A DNA stretch of 64,000 nt, taken from the NCBI GenBank assembly GCA_050084515.1, contig CM114271.1, positions 13,516,001-13,580,000 on the forward strand, read 5' to 3'. Origin of the DNA: Blasia pusilla. Taxonomy: Eukaryota. This document shows positions 1 to 11,024 of the stretch, one piece after another (the stretch's first letter is position 1; each line of letters opens with the position of its first letter). Below the pieces are notes generated by a model that saw nothing but the letters and a program-made list of their open reading frames with translations, had not been told where the DNA came from and searched no databases. The translations under genes and the position numbers were made by a program.

Positions 1-1887
1 GCCCGTGCAGTTTGCAGGGAGACTTGAGGGTTCATTCCGAGGGTCGACCACAGCAGTTGCTACTTATTTTGGCACATTATGTTGGCCTGGATATTTCCTG
101 GAGGGGAACGCCAATGCAGAGGATATTCTTGTAGATGATAGTCTTGAGGAGTGGCATGTGATGACGAGCGTGGCTACATCTGATGGCGATACTCCTTCAA
201 ATTTTTGGGGGACGAGCATCGATTTGCAAAGGAGAGCAAAAATTTCGTGAGGAAGGCGTGGAGCCGAGAATATGCTTTAGAGCGAGACGTGACAGAGTTA
301 CCACGTGCACTAGGAGTGGAGACGTTGACACCCTTGGACGTCACACCGATTGTGTGGTAGTATCCCGAGAAGGATGTACCTATACTAGATCTCTTTGGAG
401 GGATTAGTACAGCGTTGGCTGCAGTGTTGCAAGCCGGAGTACGAATACAGCAGTACTTGTATGTTGAGAGTGATGAGACTGCATGTAGAGTCTCATTACA
501 TCATGTGTCGAGACTAGTCCGGAAGTATCCTCAGTTCCTGCCAATGTTTGTAGGTAAGGGATATCAACATGTATTGTCGACCGACATTTTGTTGTTGGGG
601 GCACGAGATCTGGATAGGGTTGGTCCGATACACTTGGTGGTGGCAGGGTGGCCATATCAGGGTCATTCTTCGGCGGGTCAGGGACTTGGTTTGCAGGACC
701 CGAGATCGGCCATGTTTTGGGAGATGTTGCGTGTTCTTTGTCACTTGCAGACTATCCAACGATGTTCTGCAGCTTACATTTTGGAGAACGTCCCATTGTT
801 AGGTAACACTCGAGCCCGAGTGATGGTGAGTGTACATCAGGTGCGGTTGTGGATAGGACCGGCGATGATGTTGGATGCGGCGAGTGTTGGATCACACACA
901 CAACGTCCACAGTTGTGGTGGACAAACCTTTTATCATCCGAGTTATTGAGGCGGACTTATGATGGAGTCCAGAGACCATCACTTCTTACAATGGATGCGA
1001 TCTTGGATCTAGGGCGGCGATCTCAGGTTGTTACTTGTGATGATATACCACCGTTGGCAATGGCCAATCGGGTGGGCCAGCATAGGGCAACATTTCCTAC
1101 GTTGGTGAGTTTCCCGTCATCTCATGCTTTTTGTTAGGGAGGACCAGGCATGATATGGGATGAGCAGGCAGGTACACTGGTGGAGCCCAACGCCGACGAG
1201 CGAGAGCGAGCTATGGGGTTCTCTAAAGGTATGATGGTGGTGCCTATGATGGTAAAGGCATCCTGCAGACAGGTATTGGGTTAGGCTATAGACCTGAACT
1301 ATCTTACTTGGGTGTTCAGTCTCAGTTTGGCCGAGCAGAGATGGATGCGAAAGGCGTATGTGACATTAAGTCCACTTTGCAACGCAGCATCTACCGGGAC
1401 GGGTGAGATATTGGCTGGGGGCGCAATGGTGATGGAGAGGCATCCATGGACTTCATGGGATATGTCACGAGAGCACAAAGAGATGGGAGCTCATTTTGCT
1501 GATGCAAGACATAGTTGAGTGCCTAGAGAGTTGGTGTTTGAGTTGGGAGTGCATGTTGTTGCTCCAGAGGTTGCTAGTCAGCAACCACCACCCTCCTCTT
1601 CTCCAGAGGTCACGAGAGAGACTTCGGAGCCATTGATTGGTCCTAGGTTGACAAGGGCGGAGAGGAGATGAGTGTTGTAGTTCTTGTGGAGATTCAAGGA
1701 TTGTTTTGCATATAGTATGCACGACTTGGGTATGCTAAAGGGTCCAAGGATTCGGATCGAGTTGGATAGTGATACTCTTATCTTCCGACCACCCTACATA
1801 TATTCTGACATGGAGCGAGCCTTGATTCAGAGTAGAAGTGGAGACTTGGCTGACGTTGAACTGGTGGAGAGATTTCTTGGAGAGTAT
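1..1887 (+). mobile_element. Ty3/Gypsy pol fragment, copy A: linker, C5 DNA methyltransferase domain and N-terminal part of RT; degenerate and interrupted at 1888 by an LTR
   Basis: DNMT motifs are followed by the RT start (CFAYSMHDLG..RIRIELDSDTLIFRPPYIYSDMERALIQSR), homologous to the RT start at 9300-9430 (-). Several in-frame stops. Confidence 0.9.
382..1320 (+). pseudogene. Retrotransposon-borne DNMT3-like C5 cytosine methyltransferase domain (copy A); catalytic Cys replaced by Tyr
   Basis: One frame contains motif I ILDLFGGI (382), II YVESD, IV VVAGWPYQG (TAT at 655-657), VI LENV (781-792), VIII TQRPQLWWTN, IX ERERAMGF (~1198-1221) and X RQVLG*AID (TAG at 1282). Another stop at 1135-1137. 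Confidence 0.9.
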
Positions 1888-3251
1888 TGTCACATCTGAG
1901 TAGCCGATAGGCCGAGATCTATCGTGGATGGGGCATAGGAGCCATCGGACTATCTTGAGTGTAACTTTGTCCCACGGTGTCAGATGAGGTTGAGGATAGG
2001 TCCATTATGTCAAGAACGTCATTTTTTATAACTTTCCATTTGAGGTATTTCACAGCCGGATGATTTGTTGACCAGATCACCCGCCCCTGGTAACCTGTGC
2101 GCGGAGGTTATCAAGGGGATAGTTATTTTTAGGGGAAGAGCTTTTAGACTCTTTCCAACCCTATATAAGAGAGGAAGATGGCTTTCCTAAGCCATCTTTC
2201 TCATGTTGGGCCATTGGAGCACCTCTCTTGTATGTGTGTGAGATAGGACTAGGGTGCTAGCATCCGGATTCCTTGATAGCACAGGGTGGGCAAGGCTCGA
2301 TACGCCGATGTAGATTGAGGAGCGGAGTTTTAGGCCAGGTGTGCCGTTTTTACTACTCTTTATTTTTACATGAGAAAGATGTCAGGGGCAGGTGGGAATT
2401 CATTATTTTTATGTAGGCAAGCGAGTTGCTTTGGTGGGGAGCCCATGGAGACGCTGGTTGGCGTTTTGTTTGTCATATTTTCCATGCGGAAGGCCGTGGG
2501 CGGAAGCGTTGTCCATTTTTCTCAGATTTTGCTAGTGCGGATTCATGGGGGATAGCAGCAGGGTGTAGCATAGGTTGTGACGACGGGTGTTCACGAGTGG
2601 ATCGTCGACCGGTGAGCGGTGAGTGTCGGGAAGGCAAGGGATTTCATGGAGGCGGCCGGGGCACGGAGGCGGGCTAGGTTTAGATCGCGGAGGCAGAGGC
2701 GGCCGGAGGCACACCCCATGTAGTTTGGGAGCCTTCGTTTCGGCTCATTTGGAGTCATATTGAGAAACTTACTATTTTAGGTAAGTACCATTTTGAGTAT
2801 ATGATCGACTTTATATTTTTGGTAAGTAGCCCCTTGACCTCCTACATCAGGTCAAGAGCCAAGGAGGTGACTTGGGAGAATATGTTACCATGGAGAGAGC
2901 TTGGGAGAGGGGAGGGATATACCTCAAGGAGAGAGAACTTGAAAGCTCATTCTCTCTTTGTTGAACCTATTGGCATGAGGCGGCGGAGCTATGGTCCCTT
3001 GCCTTATGATTGTAACTCGAGCCTCTCATTAGGAGAGTGGATTTGGTTTGACATGAGAGAGATTGCACACCTTTGAGAGCTATGGTGTGAGATGGTTTAG
3101 AATGAGATTGGATCTTACTTTTTTGGAGATATTTTAGTACTTCTTGTTTCGTTGTTTAGATGCCATGAGTTAGCATGGGATTGTGTGTGTTTGTGTGTGT
3201 GTGTTTGGTGACAGCAATGTATGTTGTGTAGAGATGTGTATGCGCACAACA
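1888..3251 (+). mobile_element. 5' LTR (~1.36 kb) of a Gypsy element nested in the RT of copy A
   Basis: Starts TGTCACATC and ends GCGCACAACA. TATA-like CTATATAAG at ~2161. Homologous pieces at 12328-12543, 17133-17545, 37235-37335, 49139-49751 and 51440-51640; several share the same termini. Confidence 0.8.
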
Positions 3252-5312
3252 ATACGGACCCCGACACGGTTCAACCCTTTCATGGCATGGAAGGGGTTGT
3301 TCCAACATTTGGAGGGTCCTCCGATGGATGACTACATGGAGTTTCGATCACTATATTTAGTAGAGATCAATTCCTAGAGGATGTATTGGGCTCCAGGTTA
3401 TGTGTCCACTAGTGGTCGCGAGGCATATGATGGGATTGTGAGAGGAGAGAGACCCACACCATCAGCTCGGAGACTAGATGGAGAGGAGGGCAGCGAGACA
3501 GGCGATGTGGTAGAGACCTCTAGTGGTAGAAGGCCATCCAACTTCAGTCCCACAGTGGAGTTCTTCCGACAGTTGGGGAAGAGCTACCAGGGTGTAGGCG
3601 CCAACAAGCTAAAGAGTCTATAGGATTTTCAGCGACGATTGGGTGAGAGTCTGAGAGAGGCATTCATGCGCATGAGGAGGCTGATCATTGCTACGTATGG
3701 GGTGATTGAGGCGCCGTCAGTCCAGTATTGGTACGGGGTTCTGGATTGAGAACTACGGAGGAGAGTCCGAGATGCAGTGTTGATTCACTCAACGAAGCCC
3801 ACATTGAAGGTGGTCTTTGAGTTGTCTGAGCGTATTGAGCTCAACATGAGTGAGGAGCACGTAGTGACCGCTGGATTTTCTGGAGAGTCGATGGGTCCAC
3901 GAGCGACGGTGATCCCACAGGTGCCATAACGAGCAACCGTACCACGGAGCGGGCCAGTGTGCTCAGAGAGCAGGCCGAGTACCGTGAGCCTATGAGGCAA
4001 CGACGCGTACCTACATATGTTGCCCAGCAGGGACCGTTGTTTTCTTGTTGGACGTGTGGAGGAGCCCATAGGCAGAGAGACTGCACACAACATGGGAGAG
4101 GACCACGAGCGCCTCCAATTGCTCATGAGCCACGGAGGATGGCCCCACCACAGTACTAGTGTGACTATTGCCACAAATATGGTCACACTAGGGATAGATG
4201 TTTTGATCTTCTTCGAGAGGCACGTCCAGAGGTAGGCCGAGGGCCAGGGGGCGGTTGTCTTGGAGGAGGTTGGAGAGTTCTTCCTGGACATGGTGGTAGA
4301 GGACCACCATTAGCCAAAGGAGATGGAGCAGGAGCACCAAAGCCGGCACTTCTCTCACGCATTGATCAGTTGGAGCAGAGGATTGTTGCCATGACAATGA
4401 TGCAGCTCAAGGAAGGCACGGAGCCATGAGCAGCTAGTGTGGCTCCAACTTTTACCTCTTACCCCAACCTGGGTAAGGATCTCGCTAGTATGGGGTTTAT
4501 GTGTAGTGCAGCTCAGGTTGAGGCAGCTGCAGTGGTGACTCAGGGTGCTCCGAGAGGCACCGAGCCATCGAGAGGTGGAGTTGAGATTGACCCAACGGAG
4601 GGGACCGATGGGGGCCAGGCCAAGGTTCCACAATCATTCATATTGTTGAAGGCACTACACACACCATCGATGATGCCTCGACGACCAGCGCTGCCTACAG
4701 CTCAGGCACATACGTCGACGTCACGAGGAGTTGGAGTGACAACTCCTATGCCAACTGGAGTGGAGTCTGTGTCGACCATAGTGTTGGAGGTGGCCACTAG
4801 AGTAAGTGAGACTCGGCTATTTTCCGCCAAAGAGTTGGAGACGTTGGGAATTGGACCAGCTGAGGTATTCTGGATGGCCTCCATATTGTGCGAGCGTGGA
4901 GAGGTGACTACTTCTTGTTCAAAGGTAGTTGAGGAGATGGTGGACTTGCCCTCAGAGGCGGTGCTCGGGACGTTCCCCACATAGTCATGGCATGCAGCGG
5001 CGGCAAACTTGGTAGATATGCCAGCTCGACCGGCCATAGAGCGAGCAGTGGTGACACCTAGAGTAGTATCACTAGATAACCGAGCTGGAGTATTTCGCTT
5101 GGTTAGTTTGATGGGGATAGTATACCACCCGCAGCGCATCCTACTTGATTCAGGAGCGTAACCCTTGATGTTAGGGGAGGCCGCGTGTTTAGCGTTGGGA
5201 TTACGGAAGGCCGACATTGAGCCTTGTCCTTTCCAGATATAGACCTCGATTGGGGGCGTGTTACCCACGCAGTATATGACTGACAGGAGATAGTTGTCAG
5301 AGTCCAGCCAGA
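3252..5312 (+). mobile_element. Degenerate Gypsy gag (two CCHC zinc knuckles) and aspartic protease, truncated at ~5312
   Basis: CWTCGGAHRQRDC (~4045-4085), a CDYCHKYGHTRDRC-like knuckle (~4160-4200), and protease motif RILLDSGA*PLMLG (LLDSGA at 5141-5158). Stops and frameshifts present. Confidence 0.85.
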
Positions 5313-7237
5313 GGGGGGCTGGTATTCTGGCAGGAGAGAGGAAGAGAGGAGAGTCTCTCTTTTTAAAAAAAAGGGCCAAATCCGCCTCCTCTCTTCAAAA
5401 CTTTTTTACATATTTGAAATTTTTGATTGCTTTCAAATTCATGAAATCTTTAGAAGAGAGTAGATAGTGGTCCACATTCGGGCCTTAAGAAACTTCCTTT
5501 TTTCAGGGGGAGAGAAACAAGTAGACATCATAAGACCACTACAAACATTTTTCCATCACTCTCCATGTGAGCCAAGTTTTTTCACATTGCGTGTCTCGGT
5601 CTACAGTAAGCTCTGCCTAGGGATTTTTTTTTTTTAGGCCTATTGGCAGAGATTACTACTAGAAGTAGCAATCTCATCTCAATGAAAGGTTCAAATAAAG
5701 ACCAACTTTGTGAAATGTGAACACATGAGACGATAATTAAACCAAAAGATTGTTAGTTGTCTGGAGTAAAGAGAAACTGATGTCCCTTCATTCAGATCCT
5801 AAATCCGATAGACCGAGATGTTGCACCCCTCCCAACCCGTCGTAATTTTATAGGTTCCAACTCTTGCAACCCTTCGGAATCAGCCCCCTTCACTTTTGGT
5901 CTACCAGGGAAAGAGTCCGACCACTCAAGCAGCCAACCTGTCGGAATCCGACAGCTTGCTTGGAAATGGTTGAAAAGTTGCAGTGGTCAAAAAGTGAAAA
6001 GTTGCAACCCGTCGGAATCACACAGGTTGCAAAATAAACATTTTGAGTAGCTAGACGAACACAATCCACAAGTCCAACAAAAATTTCAGCGAACTTTTAC
6101 AAACACCATTATCGGTTGAAAAAATCTCGTTCTTTATTACCTCCGAAGGAACCTCGGAAATGTACATTTGATCTAGTCTATGATTTCATTCAGCCTCGTC
6201 ATCTACAAATTTACTCCTAACTCTCCTAGGTTCCTATACAAAAGGAATGTCCTGGGATACAAGTGGCTCCTTTGGCCGATTGTAGATGGGGATCGAAAAC
6301 ATTTGCGGTCGAGCCTTCCCCCTAGGTACACCATAATGGTCCCATGTAACCTGATTTGAGTCCCACCGCCTTCCTCGGCAGTAATTCTTCTACGCTCTGC
6401 AATGTGGCACCCATCCAATATCAATATGTGCTCCGTCCTTGGAAATACCATGATGGCAATCCCACAGATAGTAGGAATCCAACACGTCTGAGAGAAGAGA
6501 AGAAGCCTACGCCTTGTTTGACGATACTAGGGGAAGGTGCCAAAGTGAAGAAGCCCGCCAGAATGCCTCTTAAGTTGGACCAACAGGGAAAGAGTCCGAT
6601 CACTCACGCAGCCAACCTGTCGGAATCCGATAGGTTGCTTGGAAGTGGTTAAAAAGGTGCAGTGGTCAAAAAGTGAAAAGTTGCAAGCCGTGGAAATCCG
6701 ACGGGTTGCAAAATAGAAGTCCTCGGAGTACATAGACGATCACATTCGAAAAGACATAAAAGATATTCAACAAACTTTTAGAAACACCATCATCGTTCGA
6801 AAAACTCTTGTCCTTTATTAAATCCGAAAGAAGCTCGGAACTGTACATTTCATCTATTCTATGAATTCTTTTGCCCTTGTTATCAAATAAATCCCTACTC
6901 CAAACGCTATGATCAAATAAGGGTCCTTGAGTTCTTTGAACTCACTCGTCATCGTCCGAGAGCTCTTGCAAAATTACTGTCGGCCTTGCCCTCCCAATTT
7001 TTGGAATCGTGGGAAGTGACGATGGTGTCACTACCAATGGTGGGTCTGGAACCCGAGCTCTCGGCTTCGAAGGAGAGTTGTACGCCCCAACTAGCCTGTC
7101 GTAATCTGCCTTTGCCTCCTTGCAAAGGTCAAACATTTGTTGCCTTCCCTCAGGGCAGAGAATGTTCCTGCCACTCTGCCAGGCGCCTCTGATACTCGCC
7201 CCTGAAAGGCCCACTAAGTCGAACACCAAGTCACCCA
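5313..7237. mobile_element. Unclassified, probably non-autonomous DNA-transposon-like repeat with an internal ~290 bp direct repeat
   Basis: The start GGGGGCTGGTATTCTGGCAGG and the following ~500 bp recur inverted at 45505-46386. Direct repeat ~5903-6190 vs ~6580-6865. It interrupts the protease on the left and the integrase on the right. Right boundary approximate. Confidence 0.6.
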
Positions 7238-10200
7238 ACGCCTTGTCACACAAGACCTGAAACTCACCTTGAAACTCTGTACCCTGGTCGGTCAGCACTT
7301 CAGCTGGTGCACCAAAATGACTAAGCACTCTATCAATAAATGCGTACGCCGTTCCCTCACTTGCCTTGTCAGGTAATGCCACCAACTCAATCCACTTGGA
7401 GAAGTGCTCCACCATCACCAACACATATCGATGATGTTGTACAGTCAATGGTAACCGTCCCGCAAAGTCCACACTCCAACCGTAATCCAACCCCATAATA
7501 GGCAAGGGGTGTAATTGTGGTGTAGGGGCATTGAATGATGCCCTCACTCGGTCACAAACCATACAACGTGACACCAACTGCTGCACCTGAGTATGCATGC
7601 CACGCCACCAATACTGACCAAGGAGTAAGCTACACGTACGCTTTACCCCAAAATGTCCCAACTCCTCATGGGCATGTCGCACAATGCGCTCTCTCTGAGC
7701 CAAATGCGGCACTACTCATACTCTACCATCCTCCCACACACGAAGAATATGTGTTCCCTCCAATCGATACCTCTTAGCACGTTGAAGAACACAGTCTTGC
7801 TCCTTGGCACTCACTATGCCTCACACCCTATTGGTCCGTAGGAACTCCAACACCAACGCATCATCATGAATATCACGCTGATCCGTACCACCATCTCCAA
7901 CCTTAGAATCTGAAGGCTGGCCATCTACCCTCTGACTAGAGTAAGATGTCATGTGGTCCTCCATACTAGAGTCCATCCCTAAACAACTTAAAAAGGCGGA
8001 TGCATGCCAACCTGGCACCATCTCCTCATCAACCTCGCCATGCCATCTAGCCCCAGTTGCATCCTCTTGGCTAGTACATGGGTTCCTACTCAACCCATCA
8101 GCATCAAGGTTGGCAACTCCAGGTCTATGTACCACCTGGAAGTCATACTCATGTAAGATAAGAGCCCACCGTGCAAGCTTCCTTGTAAGCTTGTCAGACT
8201 CCATCAACTACTTGAGCGGCTGGTGATCAATAACAAGGGCAAACTGTGTGCCAAACAAGTAACACCTAAAGTGTGCCACAGCCCACACTATTGCCAAGCA
8301 CTCTTCCTCATATGAACTATAGCTCGACTCCGCTGCATTATTCGAACGACTTGCATAGGCCACCACAAACTCCATGTGCTCATCATCATGTTGTGTCAAC
8401 ACCGCTCCAAGTCCCAACCTACTCCAAAAAGTATGTAACTGAAATGGGCGCCCTCTGATAGGTCTCCTCAAGATAGGCGCCGCCACCAATTGGGCCTTAA
8501 GCTCCACAAAAGCTCTCTCCTGATCATCTCCCCAGTGCCACTCTTGATCTGATTTCAACAATTGGTTCAAAGGCTTTGCCATAGCACTAAATCCCTTCAC
8601 ATACCTCCGATAGTATTTCGCCAATCCCATAAATGCCCGAACTCTACTCACATCTACCGGACGCGGAATAAGTGCAATAGCCTCCACCTTTGCTTGCTGA
8701 ACTTCCAAACCACCAGGATAGATCACATGACCCAAGTACTCAACATCCTCATGGAAGAACTTACACTTTCCTGGATGCAAACGTAGACCATGAGCTTTCA
8801 ACCGCTCAAACACCATCTGCAAATATATCTAATGCTCCTCCACCGTGTTACTCAACATCAAGATATCATCAATGCAACATCGAAAAAAATCCAACCCTGC
8901 TGGGATCCTGTCCATCAATCTCTAAAACTCGGCAGGTGCATTCTTCAACCCAAAGGGTAAGAATTTCCACTTGTACAAACAATCCTTGCCATGAGAGTTG
9001 ACACCCCAAAATGTTGTCTTGGCCTTGTCACTCTCCCGAATCGGCAATTGATGGTATTCTGCCCGAAGATCCAAAGTACTGAAAATCTTTGCCTGTCCCA
9101 CCACATCAAAGATCTCCTCAGGTGTAGGCATGGCATACCTAACGGCCTTGGTTTGCCAATTGATAGAACGGTAATCTCCACACATCCGCCTATCCGTGTA
9201 GTTTCCATGCATATCCTTTTTAGCAAGCATGATAGTGGCTGATGTATTCTGTCCATGCGACAACTTCACTAATCCAACCTCCAAAAGGTCCAACGTCCTA
9301 CTCTGAATCAGGTCCCTCTCCATATCACTATATCGGTAGGGACGACGGAAGATTGGCGTATCACTAGCCAAATTAATCCGTATACCGGGTCCAACCAAAG
9401 CACCCAACTCCTTCATGCTAAAGGCAAAACAACTCCTATAAGCACGTAGGAACTATGTCAAGCATCGCTTCTCACCTCCCGTAAGCTTGGGCCCAAGTAA
9501 TGGCTCCCAAGTCTCCTCCACTGGCACACTAGAGGGAGAGGACGATGCCATTGGCTGCTACGCAACCCCCTCACAAGATGGTACACCCTTGGCTACACCA
9601 TCATTTGAGCAAATAACTCCTCCACCACATTGAGCAACCAACTCCACATGCCCAGCGATTACATCCCATTTACTCCAAGGATGCAAAATATTACTCTCCT
9701 CGCCCCCAGTCGATGCCTCTACCGTCCCGGTACCCATCAAGCTCATTACAAGGGATGGAAGACCCACAGACATAGTCTGAAGTCGACGCTGTTCGGCCAT
9801 ACCAAGACTCAAAATCCAAGTCAAACAATTCAGGTCCATGGCCTGACCCAACACATGACGTCGTGAAGCCTCAGAAATGGAAGCAACCACTGTCACACCA
9901 GTAGCAAATCCCATCGCACGCTCTCTCTCATCACCGTTAGGCTCCACCAACTGTCGCACATGAGAATCCCATACAAGCCCGGGACCACCTTCCGTGTAGG
10001 CATGTGACGAGGGAAAACTCACAAATGTGGGTAGTGCCATCCTAGGCTGGCCCACACGGTTCACCACTGCCATGGGTGACCGATCAATAACCCTCACCAT
10101 CGAGAAAGTCGCCCCAAGATCCAAGATACTATCCTTTGTAAAGGCAAGGATCCCCCGCCTTTGCATCATATGCTCGACGTAGAACCTCCCTAGGTAACAA

Positions 10201-10960
10201 GTTTGTCCACCACAAGCATGGACAATGTGCACGCGAGCCAACTCGCGCTACATCCAACAACACCGCTGGTCCAATCCAAGACCGCACCTCATGAACACTC
10301 GCCATCATCCAGGTCCGAGTGTCACCCAACAATGGAACATTCTCCAGAATGTAAGTTGGAGCACGTGTCTGATGAACCTGAAGATATCTTAACATCCTTA
10401 ACATCTCCCAAAACAATCGAGACCTAGGGTCGTGTAATCCCTCACCACGACCAGCACGTGTATGACCCTGACATGGCCATCCAGCAATCACCAAATCCAC
10501 AGGACCAACCCTCTCAAGGTCCTGCGCCCCCAACAATGCAATGTGTGATGGCAAAGCACGCTGGTACCCACGAATAGCTGATGGCGGAAACAACTCAGGA
10601 TATCTCCGCATCAACTGACCAATATGTCGGGATGAGACTCTCTAGGCCGTCTCATCTCGCTCCACATACACGTATCTCCGCACATGAATACCGGCCTGCA
10701 ACACTGCAGCCAAACCAATGCTAATCCCACCAAAGAGATCTAACACACAAATGCCCTCCGGCGGATACTGCCATACAATGGGTGTAGTATCCAAAGGGGA
10801 TAACCCAACTGGACCAGAAGTAGGAGTCCGCCGTGGGGCCTCCTCTTCCTCGTGAGGTATAACAACCTCACACCAAACCTCCTGCACTAAACTTGAGATG
10901 CATAAAGCGCCTAACACCTCTCCGAAAAGCACCAAATGAGCTACACCATTGTGTACATTG
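7238..10960 (-). mobile_element. Ty3/Gypsy pol, copy B: DNMT-RT-RNase H-integrase; degenerate, integrase truncated, no recognisable gag/PR upstream
   Basis: RT motifs RMCGDYR, FSTLDL..YHQL, LPFGLKNAP and CIDD (from YIDD, ~8866-8877). RNase H motifs YASRS..ECLAIVWAV..DHQPL and ARWAL..ADGLSR. Integrase HHCC (HEELGH..CMVC), WSVDF and LTDQGTEF. RT-RH-INT order is Gypsy. Confidence 0.95.
9810..10755 (-). pseudogene. Retrotransposon-borne DNMT3-like C5 cytosine methyltransferase domain (copy B); catalytic PCQ retained
   Basis: Motif I VLDLFGGI, II YVERD, IV GPVDLVIAGWPCQG (Cys codon 10471-10473), VI YILENV, VIII RAHCPCLWWTNL, IX ERERAMGF, X RRHVLGQAMD. One stop (10642-10644) and a frameshift near 10150. 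Confidence 0.92.
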
Positions 10961-11024
10961 GCATAGTTAAGAACTCAGCACTTAAGCGTCTTCCAGGCAC
11001 AATAGCCCAAAGATCGATGACCAG

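Noticed and set aside
415-1137. ORF as a host DNMT3/DRM gene
   Set aside because: It has no introns, no regulatory domains or permuted motifs, has in-frame stops, and is contiguous with Gypsy RT in two copies. It is TE-borne.
3201-3213. GTGACA as the LTR 3' end (inverted match to TGTCAC)
   Set aside because: Other copies (17133, 37330, 49139) stay homologous for ~38 bp more, to GCGCACAACA, which is the better-supported terminus.
6942-7237. C-terminal part of the 256-aa integrase ORF as a novel integrase extension
   Set aside because: Integrase similarity stops at CDKAL, before the catalytic Glu. The rest is read-through into the adjacent inserted repeat.
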